Shown here piece after piece: positions 54,922-64,000 of a DNA stretch of 64,000 nt. The notes under the pieces were generated by a model that saw nothing but the letters and a program-made list of their open reading frames with translations, searched no databases and was not told where the DNA came from. The translations under genes were made by a program, and so were the position numbers. Each line of letters opens with the position of its first letter. Position 1 is the stretch's first letter. The stretch comes from Proteobacteria bacterium UBA6156 (GTDB lineage: Bacteria; Pseudomonadota; Alphaproteobacteria; UBA2136; UBA6156): positions 38,759-102,758 of the forward strand of contig DIUO01000036.1 of NCBI GenBank assembly GCA_002422365.1. Direction: 5' to 3'.

Positions 54922-56787
54922 TTAATCCGCAGCGTCAAAAGCCTCAACAGCCGCCATCCACGCCGCTTCAGCATCGCCGATATCCTTGGTCAATCGGGCA
55001 TATTCAATCTGCAAGTCCTTCAGCTCGGCCGGGGTCTGGCGGGTGTCGGCCATGGCCGCTTCCAGATCGGTCTTGCGGCGGGTCAGGCGGGTCAGGTGGC
55101 GTTCGCTGTCGTCCACCTCGGTTTGCAGGCCGGGGTGGCGTTTTTTCTTTTCGGCCAGCAGGGCCTTTTGTTCCTTTTTGCTCGGGCCTTTGGCTTCACC
55201 CTTGTTGGCCTTCTTTTCATTACGGCGCTGCGCCACAATATGCTGGCGATAGGCTTCCAGGTCGCCGTCAAAGGGGTGCACCGCGCCGTCGGCCACCAGC
55301 CACAGGCGGTCGGCCACCCGCTCAATCATGCTCGGGTCGTGGCTCACAATCACCACCGCACCTTCATAGGCATTCAGGGCATTCACCAGCGCTTCGCGCG
55401 TGTCCATATCCAGGTGGTTGGTCGGTTCATCCAGCAGCAGCAGGTGCGGGGCGTTGTAGCTGATCATCGCAAACAGCAACCGCGCTTTTTCCCCACCCGA
55501 AAGCGTCTTAATTGCGTTATCCGACAACGGCTTACTAAACCCAAACCGCCCTAAAATCCCGCGCACATCACTCTCCGCCTTGCCGCGCAGCACGCGGGCC
55601 ATGGCGGTCACCGGCGTGTCGCTCATGTCCAGCTCTTCGGTCTGGTGCTGAGAAAAATACCCAATCCGCAACTTGTTGCTGCTCAGCATCTCGCCCTGCA
55701 ACGGCGCCAGCTTGCCCGCAATCAGTTTAATCAGTGTCGACTTCCCATTCCCGTTGGCCCCCAGCAGCGCAATCCGGTCGTCCATGTCAATGCGTTCATG
55801 AATGTTCGTCAAAATCGGCTTGCCCGGCGCATAGCCAATATCGGCATGGTTAATCGTCACAATCGGCGGCGGCAGCTCTTCGGGCTGAGGGAAGCTGAAC
55901 TTCACCGCCCGGTCGGCCATCACCGCATCCACAATGTCCATTTTCTCCAGGGCTTTCAGGCGGCTTTGCGCTTGGCGGGCCTTGCTGGCCTTGGCTTTAA
56001 AGCGGTCCACAAACGCTTGCATGTGGGCCTTTTGCGCCATTTGCTTCTCATGCAGCTTTTGCTGCCCGGCTAGCTTTTCGGCGCGCTCGCGCTCAAAGGT
56101 GTTGTAGGTGCCGGTGTAGGGGGTAATTTTTTTGTTGTCCACGTGCAGCACGTGGTCAATGCACACGTTCAGCAACTCGCGGTCGTGGCTGATAATCATC
56201 ACCGTCTTCGGGTAGCTGGCCAAATAACTCTCCAGCCACATAATCGCTTCCAAATCCAGGTGGTTGGTCGGCTCGTCCAGCAGCAAAAAGTCCGGCTGCT
56301 GGAACAACGCCGCCGCCAGCGCCACCCGCATGCGCCACCCGCCGGAGAACGCCGAAATCGGCATCCCCGTCTGCTCTTCCTTAAAGCCCAAACCGGCCAG
56401 AATCGTCGCCGCACGCGCGGGCGCAGCATAGGCGTCAATCTCTTCCAGCCGCGCATAAATGTCGCCAATCTTATACGGGTCTTCCTCGGTTTCGGCCTGC
56501 TTAAACAGCGCCGTACGCTCTTTATCGGCGGCCAGCACAATGTCAATCAGCGGGGTGTCGTCGTCGGGTATGTCCTGCTTCACTTCGCCCATCGTGCGCC
56601 GTTCACTTAAGCTTATACTCCCCCCATCGGCATGCAGTTCGCCGGTAATCAGCTTAAAAAGCGTACTTTTTCCGGCACCGTTGGCACCCACAACACCCAC
56701 TTTCCAACCGTCTTGCACGGTGGCACTGGCGTTTTCCAAAATAAGGCGACCGCCAATGCGGTAGGTAAGGTTCGACATCGTCAACAT
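54922..56787 (-). CDS. ABC-F family ATP-binding cassette protein (two ABC domains, no TMD; Uup/YheS/EttA-like)
   Basis: 621 aa. Two Walker A sites (GANGAGKST, GANGNGKST), two signature motifs (LSGGWRMR, LSGGEKARL), and a C-terminal coiled coil. Confidence 0.9.
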   Translation of the reverse strand: MLTMSNLTYRIGGRLILENASATVQDGWKVGVVGANGAGKSTLFKLITGELHADGGSISLSERRTMGEVKQDIPDDDTPLIDIVLAADKERTALFKQAETEEDPYKIGDIYARLEEIDAYAAPARAATILAGLGFKEEQTGMPISAFSGGWRMRVALAAALFQQPDFLLLDEPTNHLDLEAIMWLESYLASYPKTVMIISHDRELLNVCIDHVLHVDNKKITPYTGTYNTFERERAEKLAGQQKLHEKQMAQKAHMQAFVDRFKAKASKARQAQSRLKALEKMDIVDAVMADRAVKFSFPQPEELPPPIVTINHADIGYAPGKPILTNIHERIDMDDRIALLGANGNGKSTLIKLIAGKLAPLQGEMLSSNKLRIGYFSQHQTEELDMSDTPVTAMARVLRGKAESDVRGILGRFGFSKPLSDNAIKTLSGGEKARLLFAMISYNAPHLLLLDEPTNHLDMDTREALVNALNAYEGAVVIVSHDPSMIERVADRLWLVADGAVHPFDGDLEAYRQHIVAQRRNEKKANKGEAKGPSKKEQKALLAEKKKRHPGLQTEVDDSERHLTRLTRRKTDLEAAMADTRQTPAELKDLQIEYARLTKDIGDAEAAWMAAVEAFDAAD

Positions 56788-56841
56788 AGGCGCCTTATGC
56801 CTGCCTTGGGCCTAAAATACAAGCCTTTCGAAGGCGCAAGC

Positions 56842-57441
56842 CTAATCGAGCAACGCCCGCAGCTTCGCCAGCGCCGCGTCCGCCGGGTCGTGGGCATCAA
56901 GTGTCCCGGCAAAATGGCCCTGCGCATCAGCCATGAGAATCATCGAGGAATGGCTCATCGTATAATCCTCGCTCCCCTCGGCCAGCGGCACTTTCGCGTA
57001 ATAGACCATAAACACCTTCGCCGCTTGCCGCAGCTCGTCCTCGGTGCCGGTCACACCCACAATCTGCGGGTGGAACGCCGTCACATAACCCCGCAATACC
57101 TCGGGCGTATCCCGCGCCGGGTCCACGCTCACAAACACCACATTCAGGCGGGCAGTCTGCTCCGGCCCAATCTCATTCAACCACCCCGCCAGCGTGTTCA
57201 GCGTGGTCGGGCATACGTCGGGGCACTGCGTAAAACCGAAAAAATACAGCGTCGGCTTACCTAAAAACGTCGTTTCATTCACAGGCTGCCCTTGCATGTC
57301 GGTCAGCGAAAACGGCGCCGTAAAGGTCACCGGCGGCTGGGTCGCGGGCAGGGGGCGCGCACCTTGCTGCACCAGGTAAAAGGCCACACCGGCCAACAGC
57401 GCGGTGGCCACCAACAACATCAGATACATCCGGTAAATCAT
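56842..57441 (-). CDS. SCO1/SenC-family copper chaperone (thioredoxin-like)
   Basis: ORF 56842..57537. Motif FGFTQCPDVCPTTL. Start at MIYRMYLMLL (57441), giving an N-terminal TM anchor. Confidence 0.8.
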   Translation of the reverse strand: MIYRMYLMLLVATALLAGVAFYLVQQGARPLPATQPPVTFTAPFSLTDMQGQPVNETTFLGKPTLYFFGFTQCPDVCPTTLNTLAGWLNEIGPEQTARLNVVFVSVDPARDTPEVLRGYVTAFHPQIVGVTGTEDELRQAAKVFMVYYAKVPLAEGSEDYTMSHSSMILMADAQGHFAGTLDAHDPADAALAKLRALLD

Positions 57442-57490
57442 GCCGCCAGCATACCTGCGCACCTTGCCACAGGGCAAGCCTCGCTTTAGC

Positions 57491-57985
57491 ATGGAGCCCA
57501 TGAAAAACCTTCTCCTCGCCCTCACACTCCTCCCCACCCTCGGCTTCGCCCACGACTACACCGTCGGCGACCTGCACATCCAACACCCCTGGACACGTGC
57601 CACCGCCCCCACCGCCACCACCGCCGCCGGGTACCTCGCCATCACCAACAAGGGCACAACCGAAGAGACCCTCACCGCCGCCACCCTGCAAGGCGCCGGG
57701 CACACCATGCTGCACCACACCCAAACCGAAGGCGGCGTCGCCAAAATGGTGCATATGGGCAGCGGTATCGCCATTCCGGCAGGGTCTACAGTTACGCTCC
57801 AGCCCGGCAGCTTCCACATCATGGCGATGCAACTTGCGGCCCCCTACAAGGCCGGAGACAGTATCCCCGGCACTCTCACCTTCGCCAACGCCGGAGACGT
57901 CAAAGTCGACTTCATTGTCAAACCCCTCGGCACCCAACCCGATGCCGAAGCCGAAACCGAACACCACCAACATAATCATCATTAA
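57491..57985 (+). CDS. PCu(A)C periplasmic copper chaperone (DUF461)
   Basis: Signal peptide. An H(M)x10Mx21HxM-type pattern (MLHHTQ...MVHMGSG...FHIMAM). His-rich C-terminus. Divergently paired with sco. Confidence 0.75.
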   Translation: MEPMKNLLLALTLLPTLGFAHDYTVGDLHIQHPWTRATAPTATTAAGYLAITNKGTTEETLTAATLQGAGHTMLHHTQTEGGVAKMVHMGSGIAIPAGSTVTLQPGSFHIMAMQLAAPYKAGDSIPGTLTFANAGDVKVDFIVKPLGTQPDAEAETEHHQHNHH

Positions 57986-58006
57986 GAATATAACCACATA
58001 GTATTT

Positions 58007-58033
58007 CGGCGGCCGCAGGCCGCCGTGTGTTTG
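58007..58033 (+). terminator. hairpin cggcggccgcaggccgccg followed by tgtgtttg
   Basis: Inverted repeat 22 nt after the PCuAC stop. Confidence 0.45.
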
Positions 58034-58194
58034 CGGCCCCGGCCATCGTGGAGCGGAGCGCGGGGGTGGGTTTTGAAGGGAGGGGGACACCCCTCCCTTC
58101 GTAATATAAGCAATTCCAGAGCACCCGAGAGGAAACAAGCCCGTTTTCTGCAAAGCAAGAAAACGGGCGGTTTCCGAAGGGACGAGCGGAGGAC

Positions 58195-58221
58195 AAAAAA
58201 GGAGCCCGAAGGCTCCTTTTT
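58195..58221. terminator. bidirectional rho-independent terminator (aaaaaa ggagcc cgaa ggctcc ttttt)
   Basis: Perfect 6-bp stem flanked by A6 and T5. It lies 13 nt downstream of the flagellin stop (minus strand) and downstream of PCuAC (plus strand). Confidence 0.7.
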
Positions 58222-58233
58222 CCGTTACCGAGA

Positions 58234-60468
58234 CTACTGGAGCAGACGCAGCAGCAGCGCAGGCTGCTGGTTCGCTTGGCCCAGCAGGCTGATACCGGCC
58301 TGCATCAGCACGTTCTGGTTGGTGAACTTGGTGATTTCCGAGCTCACGTCCACGTCGAGCAGAGCGCTCTGGGCGGCCGTGGTGTTCTCAATCGCCACGT
58401 TGATGCTGGTGCTCGCAAAGTCCAGACGGGACTGGGCGGCACCGATGTCAGCACGACGGCTCGACACGGAGGTAATCGCGGCGTTAATCGCAGCAATCGC
58501 CGTGTTCGAGTTGGTTGTGGTGTCAATGGTGCTCGAACCGATTCCCAGAGCCGACGTCGTCGCACTACCCAGTTCGAAGGCGATGCTGTCGTTGCTGGTC
58601 ACACCGGTACCGACTTTAAAGTCGAACGTGGTGGTGCCGCTGGTGACCGAGTTCACCCCAATCACACGGCCAAAGTCGCCGATTTGCTGGGTGAAGCTGT
58701 CATCGGCATCAATCGCGCCTGTCAGATTGAACTGATAGGTGATTGAAGTCGCGCTCGTACCGCTGCCGTTGGTCAACGTGACGGTTTTCTGACCGGTAGT
58801 GGTCAGGTTAACCGTGCCCGAGGTGAAGGTCAGGCCGTTCAGGGTCACGCTGGCAGTCGCGGCGTTGGCCGTGCCGGTGCTCCAAGTGATCTCACCGGCG
58901 TCTACATCACCAAAGTCGAAGGTACTGGCCGAACCCTTGGTGACACCCACCACGCTGGCCGAAGTCACATCGGCAGTCGGGGTGTGGTCAAGCGCAATCG
59001 AGTCCACCGTCAGCGTGTTACCGTCAGCAAACGCACCGCTCACCGTATAGGTCAGGTCAAAGCTGTTACCGTTACCGTCCGAGTAGGAGTATGTCTTGGC
59101 ACCAGCGCTGGTGAAGTTGGTGCTAGCTGTCGTGCTCGTAAAGGTCACGCCGCCTACACTGATGGTACCCGAAGTGGCAGCCGCAGCAGTAGCTGCACTT
59201 ACCGTCGGTCCGGTCACACCATCAAAGTCGGTAACCTTAAGGCCGCTGGCTTCAGTGAACGTGACGTTGGAAACCGTGATACCACTCACAGCCGCTGTAC
59301 CACCACCAGCCGTGTAAGTAATCACCACATCGTTGGCGTTCACATCCAGGTCAGCCGTGTTCAGGCCAACCGTGGTCGGGGTGATCGTCGCAGCGTCGCC
59401 GTCGGCAAACGCGGTGGCAACCGTAAAGTTCAGCTCGATGGTGCTGCCTGCGCCGTCGGTCAGCGTAATGCTGCGCGCGCCGGTGCTGGTCAGGTCAACC
59501 GTACCGCCGGTGGCACCGGCCGATGTGGCAACCGAGAACGCCTTACCGCCAACCGTAGCCGTAATGGTGCTGGCCGTTGCGGTGGTGGCGCCGATCGAGA
59601 AAGTCACGCCGCTCACATCCGCAGCCGTCAGGCCGGAGGCTTCGCTGAACATGGTGTTGAGAGACACAGTGCTCGCGGTCACCTTGGCAGCTTGCGCGCC
59701 ACCCACAGCCAGGGTCTGGGTGCGGTAGCCGTTGGTCAGGTCGGTGCTGATGCTCTTGTCGAAGTTCTCGTTCAGCACAACCGTGGCGCCCAGGTTACCG
59801 AAGTTTACGGTCTGGGTGGTGCCGGCGGCAACTGCGGTGCTGTTGATGTTCACACTGTCGCTTTGGCCGGTGCTCAGGTTGGTCAGGGTCAGCACATTGC
59901 CTTTGGCGTTGTACGACATCGCAACCGCATCGCCCGAGAAGGAAGACGAGAAGTTGATGCTGGACACACCTTCGCCCACCAGGTTTTTTACGGTGGTGGC
60001 GCTGCCAACAGTCGTTACATCGTTGGTGTTGGCGGTGGTGGTGGTCGAACCGGCCAGCAGCGTGGTGCCGTTAAAGTTCGTCAGTGCGGCAACGCGGTCA
60101 ACTTCACTGCGCAGGCTGGTGAACTCTTGGTTCAGCAGGCTGCGGTCGCTGTCGGCCAGCTGGCCCGAGCTCGACTGCACAGCCAGCGCTTTCATACGCT
60201 GCAACATGTCGCCGATGGACGAAAGCGCACCGTCAGCAATTTGCAAAAGCGAAATCGCCTGGGCGGCGTTGTTAGATGCCTGGGTCAGACCGGTGACTTC
60301 GCTTTTCAGCTTAGAACCGATGGCCAGACCGGCGGCGTCATCTTTGGCCTGCGGAATACGGCTACCCGAAGAGAGCTTCGAGAGCGAGCTGGAGGCGGCG
60401 TTACTGGCAATGCCAATGTTACGCTGGGCGCCCAGTGCGGCCAGGTTGGTGTTAAAGGTGATAGCCAT
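58234..60468 (-). CDS. fliC: flagellin, unusually long (744 aa) with expanded central variable domain
   Basis: Conserved flagellin N-terminal (LSKLSSGSRIPQAKDDAAGLAI...LLQIADGAL) and C-terminal (AIAAINAAITSVSSRRADIGAAQSRL...LLRLLQ) D0/D1 segments. A T/S/G/A/N-rich ~500-aa centre. Confidence 0.9.
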   Translation of the reverse strand: MAITFNTNLAALGAQRNIGIASNAASSSLSKLSSGSRIPQAKDDAAGLAIGSKLKSEVTGLTQASNNAAQAISLLQIADGALSSIGDMLQRMKALAVQSSSGQLADSDRSLLNQEFTSLRSEVDRVAALTNFNGTTLLAGSTTTTANTNDVTTVGSATTVKNLVGEGVSSINFSSSFSGDAVAMSYNAKGNVLTLTNLSTGQSDSVNINSTAVAAGTTQTVNFGNLGATVVLNENFDKSISTDLTNGYRTQTLAVGGAQAAKVTASTVSLNTMFSEASGLTAADVSGVTFSIGATTATASTITATVGGKAFSVATSAGATGGTVDLTSTGARSITLTDGAGSTIELNFTVATAFADGDAATITPTTVGLNTADLDVNANDVVITYTAGGGTAAVSGITVSNVTFTEASGLKVTDFDGVTGPTVSAATAAAATSGTISVGGVTFTSTTASTNFTSAGAKTYSYSDGNGNSFDLTYTVSGAFADGNTLTVDSIALDHTPTADVTSASVVGVTKGSASTFDFGDVDAGEITWSTGTANAATASVTLNGLTFTSGTVNLTTTGQKTVTLTNGSGTSATSITYQFNLTGAIDADDSFTQQIGDFGRVIGVNSVTSGTTTFDFKVGTGVTSNDSIAFELGSATTSALGIGSSTIDTTTNSNTAIAAINAAITSVSSRRADIGAAQSRLDFASTSINVAIENTTAAQSALLDVDVSSEITKFTNQNVLMQAGISLLGQANQQPALLLRLLQ

Positions 60469-60507
60469 TATATATGGTCCTCGTACTTGAGTTAATTCAC
60501 CGGCTAC

Positions 60508-60538
60508 ATGCCGGCACCGCGACTGTGCCTAACTTTTC
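60508..60538 (-). promoter_or_regulatory. candidate sigma-28 (FliA)-type promoter upstream of flagellin
   Basis: Minus strand: aaaagtta-N12-gtgccggc(at), about 40 nt upstream of the ATG. Partial match to TAAAGTTT-N11-GCCGATAA. Confidence 0.25.
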
Positions 60539-60949
60539 ATCACGCGTCCAGTCGCAGTCTGACCCGCAAAGGTGTCTCTGCGCAGCCCGACCTGTCCTTA
60601 TCTTGCCGGGGGCAAATGGCAACTGACAATCCCTTTTCCCGTGGCAAATGCCCGCAAAACGGGCGCATCGGGGGCAAGAAAGAACACCGCTTGGCTTGAT
60701 AATCCATGTCTTTTACTTCCCATTCCCCCCTAAATCTTGTGCCGCTTCGTCAGGGCCCCCCAACATTTCTGTGCCTCCCCCTGCGGCACCCTTGCCACAT
60801 TCATCGCATCAAGCCTCTTGCAGTCAAACCCAACTTGCGGCACCAATGAATATATGGCAGGTATGCCGCTCCTCGGCGCAAGAATGCACCGCTAACAAAA
60901 AGAAGTCTCCCGGGCCTGGGCCCGGAGCAAAAAGGAGCTATGCCCCCGC

Positions 60950-62587
60950 ATGGAATCGTTGCTGAACGCGTTTCGTAGTTTAGGCCCCGGCCGTATTCTG
61001 GCCCTGTTTATCGGTATTGCGGCGGTCATCGCCATTTCCAGTATGGTCATCAACCGCGCGCAATCGCCGGGCCTGGTGCTGCTCTATGGCGGGCTGAACA
61101 GCCAGGAGGCTTCGCGCATCACCGACTATCTCGCCAGCCAAAGCATCCCGAACGAAGTACGCGGCGACGGCTCCGTCTACGTCCCCTCCGACCGCGTCGG
61201 CGAACTCCGCCTGCAAGTGGCAGGGCAGGGGCTGGTCGGCGGCTCCACCGCGGGCTACGAACTCTTCGACAGCCAGTCCAGCTTCGGCACCACCAACTTC
61301 GTTAGCAACCTCAACGCCAAACGCGCGCTGGAAGGCGAGCTCGCCCGCACCATCGGCACCATTCCCGCCGTCAGCGGCGCGCGCGTGCACATCGTGCTGC
61401 CCAAACAAAATCTGTTCAGCCGCGAGCAAGTTTTGCCCTCAGCCGCCATTGCGCTGAACCTCGGCGCCCGCACCCTCACGCCGGAGCAAACGCAAAGCAT
61501 CGCCCAGCTGGTGGCCGCCGCCGTGCCCAACCTCAGCTCGGCCAACATTACGGTCATCGACCAACGCGGCACCCTGCTCTACGACGGTAAAACCCAAACC
61601 GACAGCGCCGGCAGCGCCAGCAGCCTGCGCCGTAGCTTAGAAAAACGCTACGAAGAATCCATCGGCGCCATGCTGGAGCGCGTCGTCGGCAACGGCAACG
61701 CCGTGGTGCGCGTCACCGCCGAGCTCAACCTCGACAAACTCACCGAACAATCCGAACTCTACGACCCCACCCAACAGGTCGTCCGCTCCGAACAAACCAT
61801 CGAGAGCACCAGCGCCTCCTCCGACGGTGGCGGCGGTGTTGCCGGTGTGGCAGGCAACATTCCGGGCGGCGCCCAGGGTGGCGCAGGGGCTGGGGCAGGC
61901 AGCAACGAGGCCCGCACCGAAACCACCACCAATTACGAAATCTCGAAAACCGTGCGCAGCGTCACCCGCAATGGCGGAGACATCCGCAAACTCTCCGTGG
62001 CCGTCTTGGTGGCGGGCAAAACTCCGGCCGCCGGGGCCGAGGGCGACCCCGCCGCCTACACCCCGCTCACCGACGACGAACGCGCCCGCATCCGCACCCT
62101 GGTGGAAACCGCCATCGGCTACGACGCCGCCCGTGGCGACAAAGTGGAAATTGTCGATATGCCGTTCATGCCGGTGGCCGAGCCTGAGGCCGTGGTCGAT
62201 CCCTTCATCAACAAGGCCCAGATGCTCAACCTCGCCCAGTATGCCCTCATCGTGGTGGCACTCATTGTCGTCGGCCTGCTGGTGGTCAAGCCCGCGCTCA
62301 CCACACTCAATGCCGCACTGGCAGGGGGCGGTGGCAACTTGCTGCCGGGCGGTATGGCTCACATGGCCGCGGCCCCGGCAATGGGCGGCATTGCCCCTAT
62401 GGGCGGCAGTGCGGCCCCGGCCGAAGCCGAAAATTCCATGGTCGATATCCGCTCGGTACAGGGCCGCGTCCGCGAATCCTCGGTCAAAAAAGTCAACGAG
62501 ATTATCGACCAATACCCGGAAGAAAGCCTCGGCGTGGTCCGTACCTGGATGGCCGGTAGCCCATCCTCCGGCAACGGCAACAGTTAA
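60950..62587 (+). CDS. fliF: flagellar M-ring protein
   Basis: 545 aa. FliF N-terminal TM and periplasmic YscJ/FliF domain pattern. RBS aaaaggagc upstream. Confidence 0.9.
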   Translation: MESLLNAFRSLGPGRILALFIGIAAVIAISSMVINRAQSPGLVLLYGGLNSQEASRITDYLASQSIPNEVRGDGSVYVPSDRVGELRLQVAGQGLVGGSTAGYELFDSQSSFGTTNFVSNLNAKRALEGELARTIGTIPAVSGARVHIVLPKQNLFSREQVLPSAAIALNLGARTLTPEQTQSIAQLVAAAVPNLSSANITVIDQRGTLLYDGKTQTDSAGSASSLRRSLEKRYEESIGAMLERVVGNGNAVVRVTAELNLDKLTEQSELYDPTQQVVRSEQTIESTSASSDGGGGVAGVAGNIPGGAQGGAGAGAGSNEARTETTTNYEISKTVRSVTRNGGDIRKLSVAVLVAGKTPAAGAEGDPAAYTPLTDDERARIRTLVETAIGYDAARGDKVEIVDMPFMPVAEPEAVVDPFINKAQMLNLAQYALIVVALIVVGLLVVKPALTTLNAALAGGGGNLLPGGMAHMAAAPAMGGIAPMGGSAAPAEAENSMVDIRSVQGRVRESSVKKVNEIIDQYPEESLGVVRTWMAGSPSSGNGNS

Positions 62588-62604
62588 GCGGGAGAACCTG
62601 AATC

Positions 62605-63618
62605 ATGGCCAAAGGCACTCCTCTCGTCGGTCCCCGCAAGGCGGCCATCCTCATGCTCGCCATGGGCGAACAACGCGCCGCGCAGCTGTTCTCCTACATG
62701 GATGACTACGAAATCCGCGACATCTCGCGCGAGATGGCCACCCTCGGGCACATCACGTCGGAAGAAATGGAAACCACCCTGTCCGACTTCACCGAGAACG
62801 TCGGCGGCGGTGGCGGCGGTGTCGTCGGCGGCTGGGGCACCACCGAGCGCTACCTGCGCAGCTTCATGAAAGAAGAACGCGTCAAAGACCTCATGGAAGA
62901 AATGCGCGGCCCCGCAGGCCGCACCATGTGGGAGAAACTCGCCAACGTGAACGAAGAAACCCTGGCGGGCTTTCTGGTCAACGAATATCCCCAAACCGTG
63001 GCCGTCATCATCAGCCGCATCAAGGCCAGCCACGCCGCCAAGGTGCTGGCAGTGCTGCCGCAAGAGCTCGCGATGGAAGTCATGGAACGCATCCTCGTCA
63101 TGGACAACGTTCCGCGCGAAGTCCTCTCGGCGGTGGAAGATTCCCTCAAAAGCGAGTTCATGCGCAACCTCGCCCAAAAAACCACGCGCGACAGCCACGA
63201 GCTCATGGCCGATATCTTCAACAACTTCGACCGCAGCAACGAACAACGCTTCATGGGCCTGCTCGAACAAGGCCACCCCAGCGACGCCGAGCGTATCCGC
63301 GCCCTCATGTTCACCTTCGACGACATCATGAAGACCGACGACAAAGGCATCCAAACCATCCTGCGCGATATCGACAAAGACGTGCTCGCCCTGGCCCTCA
63401 AAGGCGCCAAGCCGGATATGCGCGACAAATTCCTCAGCAACATGTCCGAGCGCGCCGCCAAAATCCTGCGCGAAGATATGGACGCCATGGGCCCGGTCAA
63501 AGTCAAAGATGTCGACGAAGCCCAGCTCAAAATCGTCGCCGTGGCCAAAAACCTCGCCGACAGGGGCACCATCGTCATCGCCTCGGGCGGAGACGGTGCC
63601 GACGAGTTCATCACCTAA
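62605..63618 (+). CDS. fliG: flagellar motor switch protein
   Basis: 337 aa. FliG N/M/C domains including the conserved C-terminal torque-helix region. Confidence 0.9.
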   Translation: MAKGTPLVGPRKAAILMLAMGEQRAAQLFSYMDDYEIRDISREMATLGHITSEEMETTLSDFTENVGGGGGGVVGGWGTTERYLRSFMKEERVKDLMEEMRGPAGRTMWEKLANVNEETLAGFLVNEYPQTVAVIISRIKASHAAKVLAVLPQELAMEVMERILVMDNVPREVLSAVEDSLKSEFMRNLAQKTTRDSHELMADIFNNFDRSNEQRFMGLLEQGHPSDAERIRALMFTFDDIMKTDDKGIQTILRDIDKDVLALALKGAKPDMRDKFLSNMSERAAKILREDMDAMGPVKVKDVDEAQLKIVAVAKNLADRGTIVIASGGDGADEFIT

Positions 63619-63635
63619 CCCGCCCCGGCTGCCGC

Positions 63636-64000
63636 ATGTCCTCCTCCACGCCTTACACCAAGTTCGGGTTCGACACCGAATTCTTCGAACTGGTGCAAAC
63701 CCAAAAGGGCATGCCGGTCAGCAGCGGGGGCAGCGCCAGCAAATCGCAAACCGAGGCCCTGCGCCAGCAAGCCTACGACGAAGGCTACACAACCGGCCTG
63801 GCCGAAGGCCAAAACCAGGCCCAGGCCGACCTCGCCCAGGTGCAGCAGCACCTGCAAAATACCCTCATGGCCCTGCAAAAGGCGCAAACCGAACGCGAGG
63901 AGCATCTCCTCACCCAAACCATCAGCCTGTTGCGCACCACGCTGCATCATCTGGTCGGCCATGCCGTGCAGCATTACGCGGCCGAACTCTTCGAAAATCA
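63636..64000 (+). CDS. fliH: flagellar assembly protein FliH (5' partial, runs off window end)
   Basis: The ATG at 63636 follows the fliG stop. A Gln/Ala-rich coiled-coil N-terminal region in the fliF-fliG-fliH position. Confidence 0.55.
   Translation, partial: MSSSTPYTKFGFDTEFFELVQTQKGMPVSSGGSASKSQTEALRQQAYDEGYTTGLAEGQNQAQADLAQVQQHLQNTLMALQKAQTEREEHLLTQTISLLRTTLHHLVGHAVQHYAAELFEN

Noticed and set aside
60906-60930. Hairpin (ctcccgggcc tg ggcccggag) just upstream of the fliF RBS as a regulatory element
   Set aside because: It could be an mRNA 5' stem or a coincidence of GC-rich sequence. There is no flanking consensus (for example CtrA or sigma-54 boxes) that I could recognise confidently.

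Overview
This is a 64-kb high-GC (~60-65%) chromosomal segment. The rph-rdgB-hemW and fliF-fliG-fliH gene orders are consistent with an alphaproteobacterial-type chromosome; that is an inference from synteny with no marker gene.

Left flank (1-5.2 kb): housekeeping genes hemW, rdgB, rph, bcp, a K/A-rich hypothetical and a YggT-family membrane protein.

Right flank (47.5-64 kb): envelope polysaccharide genes (a WcaI-like GT4 glycosyltransferase, a WecA/MraY-family transferase, galU, an NAD-dependent epimerase), nth, a porin, a KGG-repeat stress protein, an ABC-F ATPase, a divergent sco/PCuAC copper pair, a 744-aa flagellin, fliF, fliG and the 5' part of fliH.

Between about 5.2 and 47.5 kb lies a roughly 42-kb locus, almost entirely on the + strand. 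I regard it as the notable system in this window. It interleaves three kinds of genes:
- A type IVb-pilus/T2SS-like assembly module (12.4-24 kb): a lipoprotein secretin, a GspE/PilB-family ATPase, a GspF/PilC-family platform, GspL/GspM-like bitopic proteins, a 386-aa prepilin with a classic class-III signal, an orphan prepilin-peptidase N-terminal domain, and three STN/TcpQ-like domain paralogs.
- An F-type-like conjugative T4SS module in F-plasmid gene order: two tandem VirB2/TraA-like pilins, then TraL-, TraE- and TraK-like genes, a 9-kb insertion of other genes, and then TraB/VirB10-like, a TraV-like lipoprotein and TraC/VirB4. Elsewhere in the locus are a VirD4/TraD-like ATPase apparently split from its membrane anchor, a thioredoxin-fold CPFC protein and a Cys-rich TraN-sized secreted protein.
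- DNA/transcription-associated and novel proteins: a UvrD-like SF1 helicase translationally coupled to an SLT lytic transglycosylase, a fusion of a histone-H1-like tail, an ECF-type sigma domain and a ParB N-domain, 726-aa and 866-aa Pro-rich proteins, and a short NusA paralog at the border.

I found no relaxase, integrase, VirB6/TraG, VirB11, tRNA, rRNA, IS element or CRISPR array in the window. All functional calls rest on reading motifs and architectures in the ORF translations; no database search was run.
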